Shown piece after piece: positions 62,890 through 64,000 of a stretch of 64,000 nt of DNA. The notes beneath the pieces are model-generated. The model ran no database searches and was not told the origin of the DNA. It saw only the letters and a program-made list of their open reading frames with translations. The stretch's first letter is position 1. Each line of letters begins with the position of its first letter. Made by a program: the position numbers and the translations under genes. The DNA is from Anthoceros angustus (lineage: Eukaryota > Plantae > Anthocerotophyta). The DNA is taken from assembly GCA_010909165.1 (NCBI GenBank), contig MU008154.1:496001-560000 (forward strand). The letters run 5' to 3'.

Positions 62890-63489
62890 TGCAGCTTTGA
62901 GGAAATCTTTGGCACTTCCAAGCATAACATCGTCGTCTGACTCCCCCTTGTTCTCTATGCTATGCCATAGCGTTTCTTCTCCACCAGTACCCGTGTAGAC
63001 ACGAATGGTTTCCTCCATGATGCAGTATTCCAAGAGTGACGGACGCCTTGGACGCTTGCACATTGGTGTTGCATAGATCCACACCCGATGTACGATCACG
63101 GTTTAGGGTTTTAGGTAATGGAGTTTAAGATCCCGAGGATATGTAACGGAACCAGCGCCTGCACCCGCCTTATTGTGGAGGCTATTTACAGGTATACGAC
63201 ACTACGGAGGGCGCAGTGAGAAGCTGAGTTGCAAGGAGAAAGAAACCTTAAAATAAGGTATCAGCGTTCTTTTCGGAAGTCACTGCGAACAGCGCAGTCA
63301 CTCTTGTCGGCTTCGATGTGAAAGCCGCATCAGCAACTACCAACGGCTTCCAGAATTTTGTGGTTGGGACATGAAAAGGTCTATGTACCACGTGCCAAAG
63401 ATGCCTCATCCCTCTGTCCTATACATTGCTCCCTCCGTCCTATACATAGCGTTTGTACATCGCCCTCCTCCGCATGGCCATGGACACCC

Positions 63490-63585
63490 GCTGCTTGAAG
63501 AAAACCACAATACAAGAAAGGAGAGATTAACCCCATGCTGCCTGAAGAAAGCCACAATACAAGAAAGGAGAGACTAACCCCATTC
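63490..63585. repeat. 2 x 47-bp tandem repeat
   Basis: gctgcttgaagaaaaccacaatacaagaaaggagagattaaccccat / gctgcctgaagaaagccacaatacaagaaaggagagactaaccccat. Confidence 0.9.
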
Positions 63586-64000
63586 TTGCGAGAGTGGTAA
63601 GCGTTGGTATGTACAGGCCTTGACAAACTGGAGAAACGGACAAACCTTTGCTTTATGAGCGGTGAGTCTCGATGGACTAAGGCGTGGCCATTTAGAATTT
63701 TAGAATTTTAAAAATTAATCAATTTTTGAAGTTTTTTTACATGAGGTTTAATTCTAAATTAATTTAAATCATGTACGTTGTAGATCCCAGTCATTATAGG
63801 GACAGCTACTATATGATATAGGCATGTGGCACTTTGAACAGCACCTCATCCCTGCAACAACTTGGCCTAAACGTACAAGCTCAATCGGGGATGATGTCAT
63901 GTCCACTGGTAAAACAAGCCTATGAACCCAGCGGCCAAGGTTTGTGGCAACCACAATCGTATACTACAATATCTCAGCGTTGGCAGCACTGGGCAAGTGA

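Overview
Compact, intron-containing land-plant nuclear DNA; no prokaryotic features, RNA genes or CRISPR arrays were found. A DYW:KP/DRH-type PPR editing factor, short introns and GC-rich coding regions point to a hornwort-like (or possibly fern/lycophyte) genome; this taxonomy is an inference. Gene order: 3' end of a PLS-DYW PPR gene (+); TFIIIC B-block-binding subunit (+); BBX32-like B-box gene (-); A1 aspartic protease with a C-terminal TM (-); LNK clock co-activator (-); Pumilio/PUF with a CCCH finger (-); TIM22 (-); golgin-84-like protein (-); two tandem intronless NIF/FCP1-like HAD genes (+); and a 5-exon receptor-like kinase whose ectodomain is a phytocyanin/ENODL-like fold (-). The last ~12.5 kb is a decayed PIF/Harbinger element interrupted by a 5'-truncated Ty3/gypsy element, plus an indel-rich duplication that may be an assembly artefact. 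Best candidates for novelty: the phytocyanin-RLK fusion with an atypical kinase, the B-box plus cyclin-box-like BBX32 architecture, and a chain of overlapping uORFs in front of the PUF gene. All splice models were built by hand from GT/AG signals and frame arithmetic and need RNA evidence.
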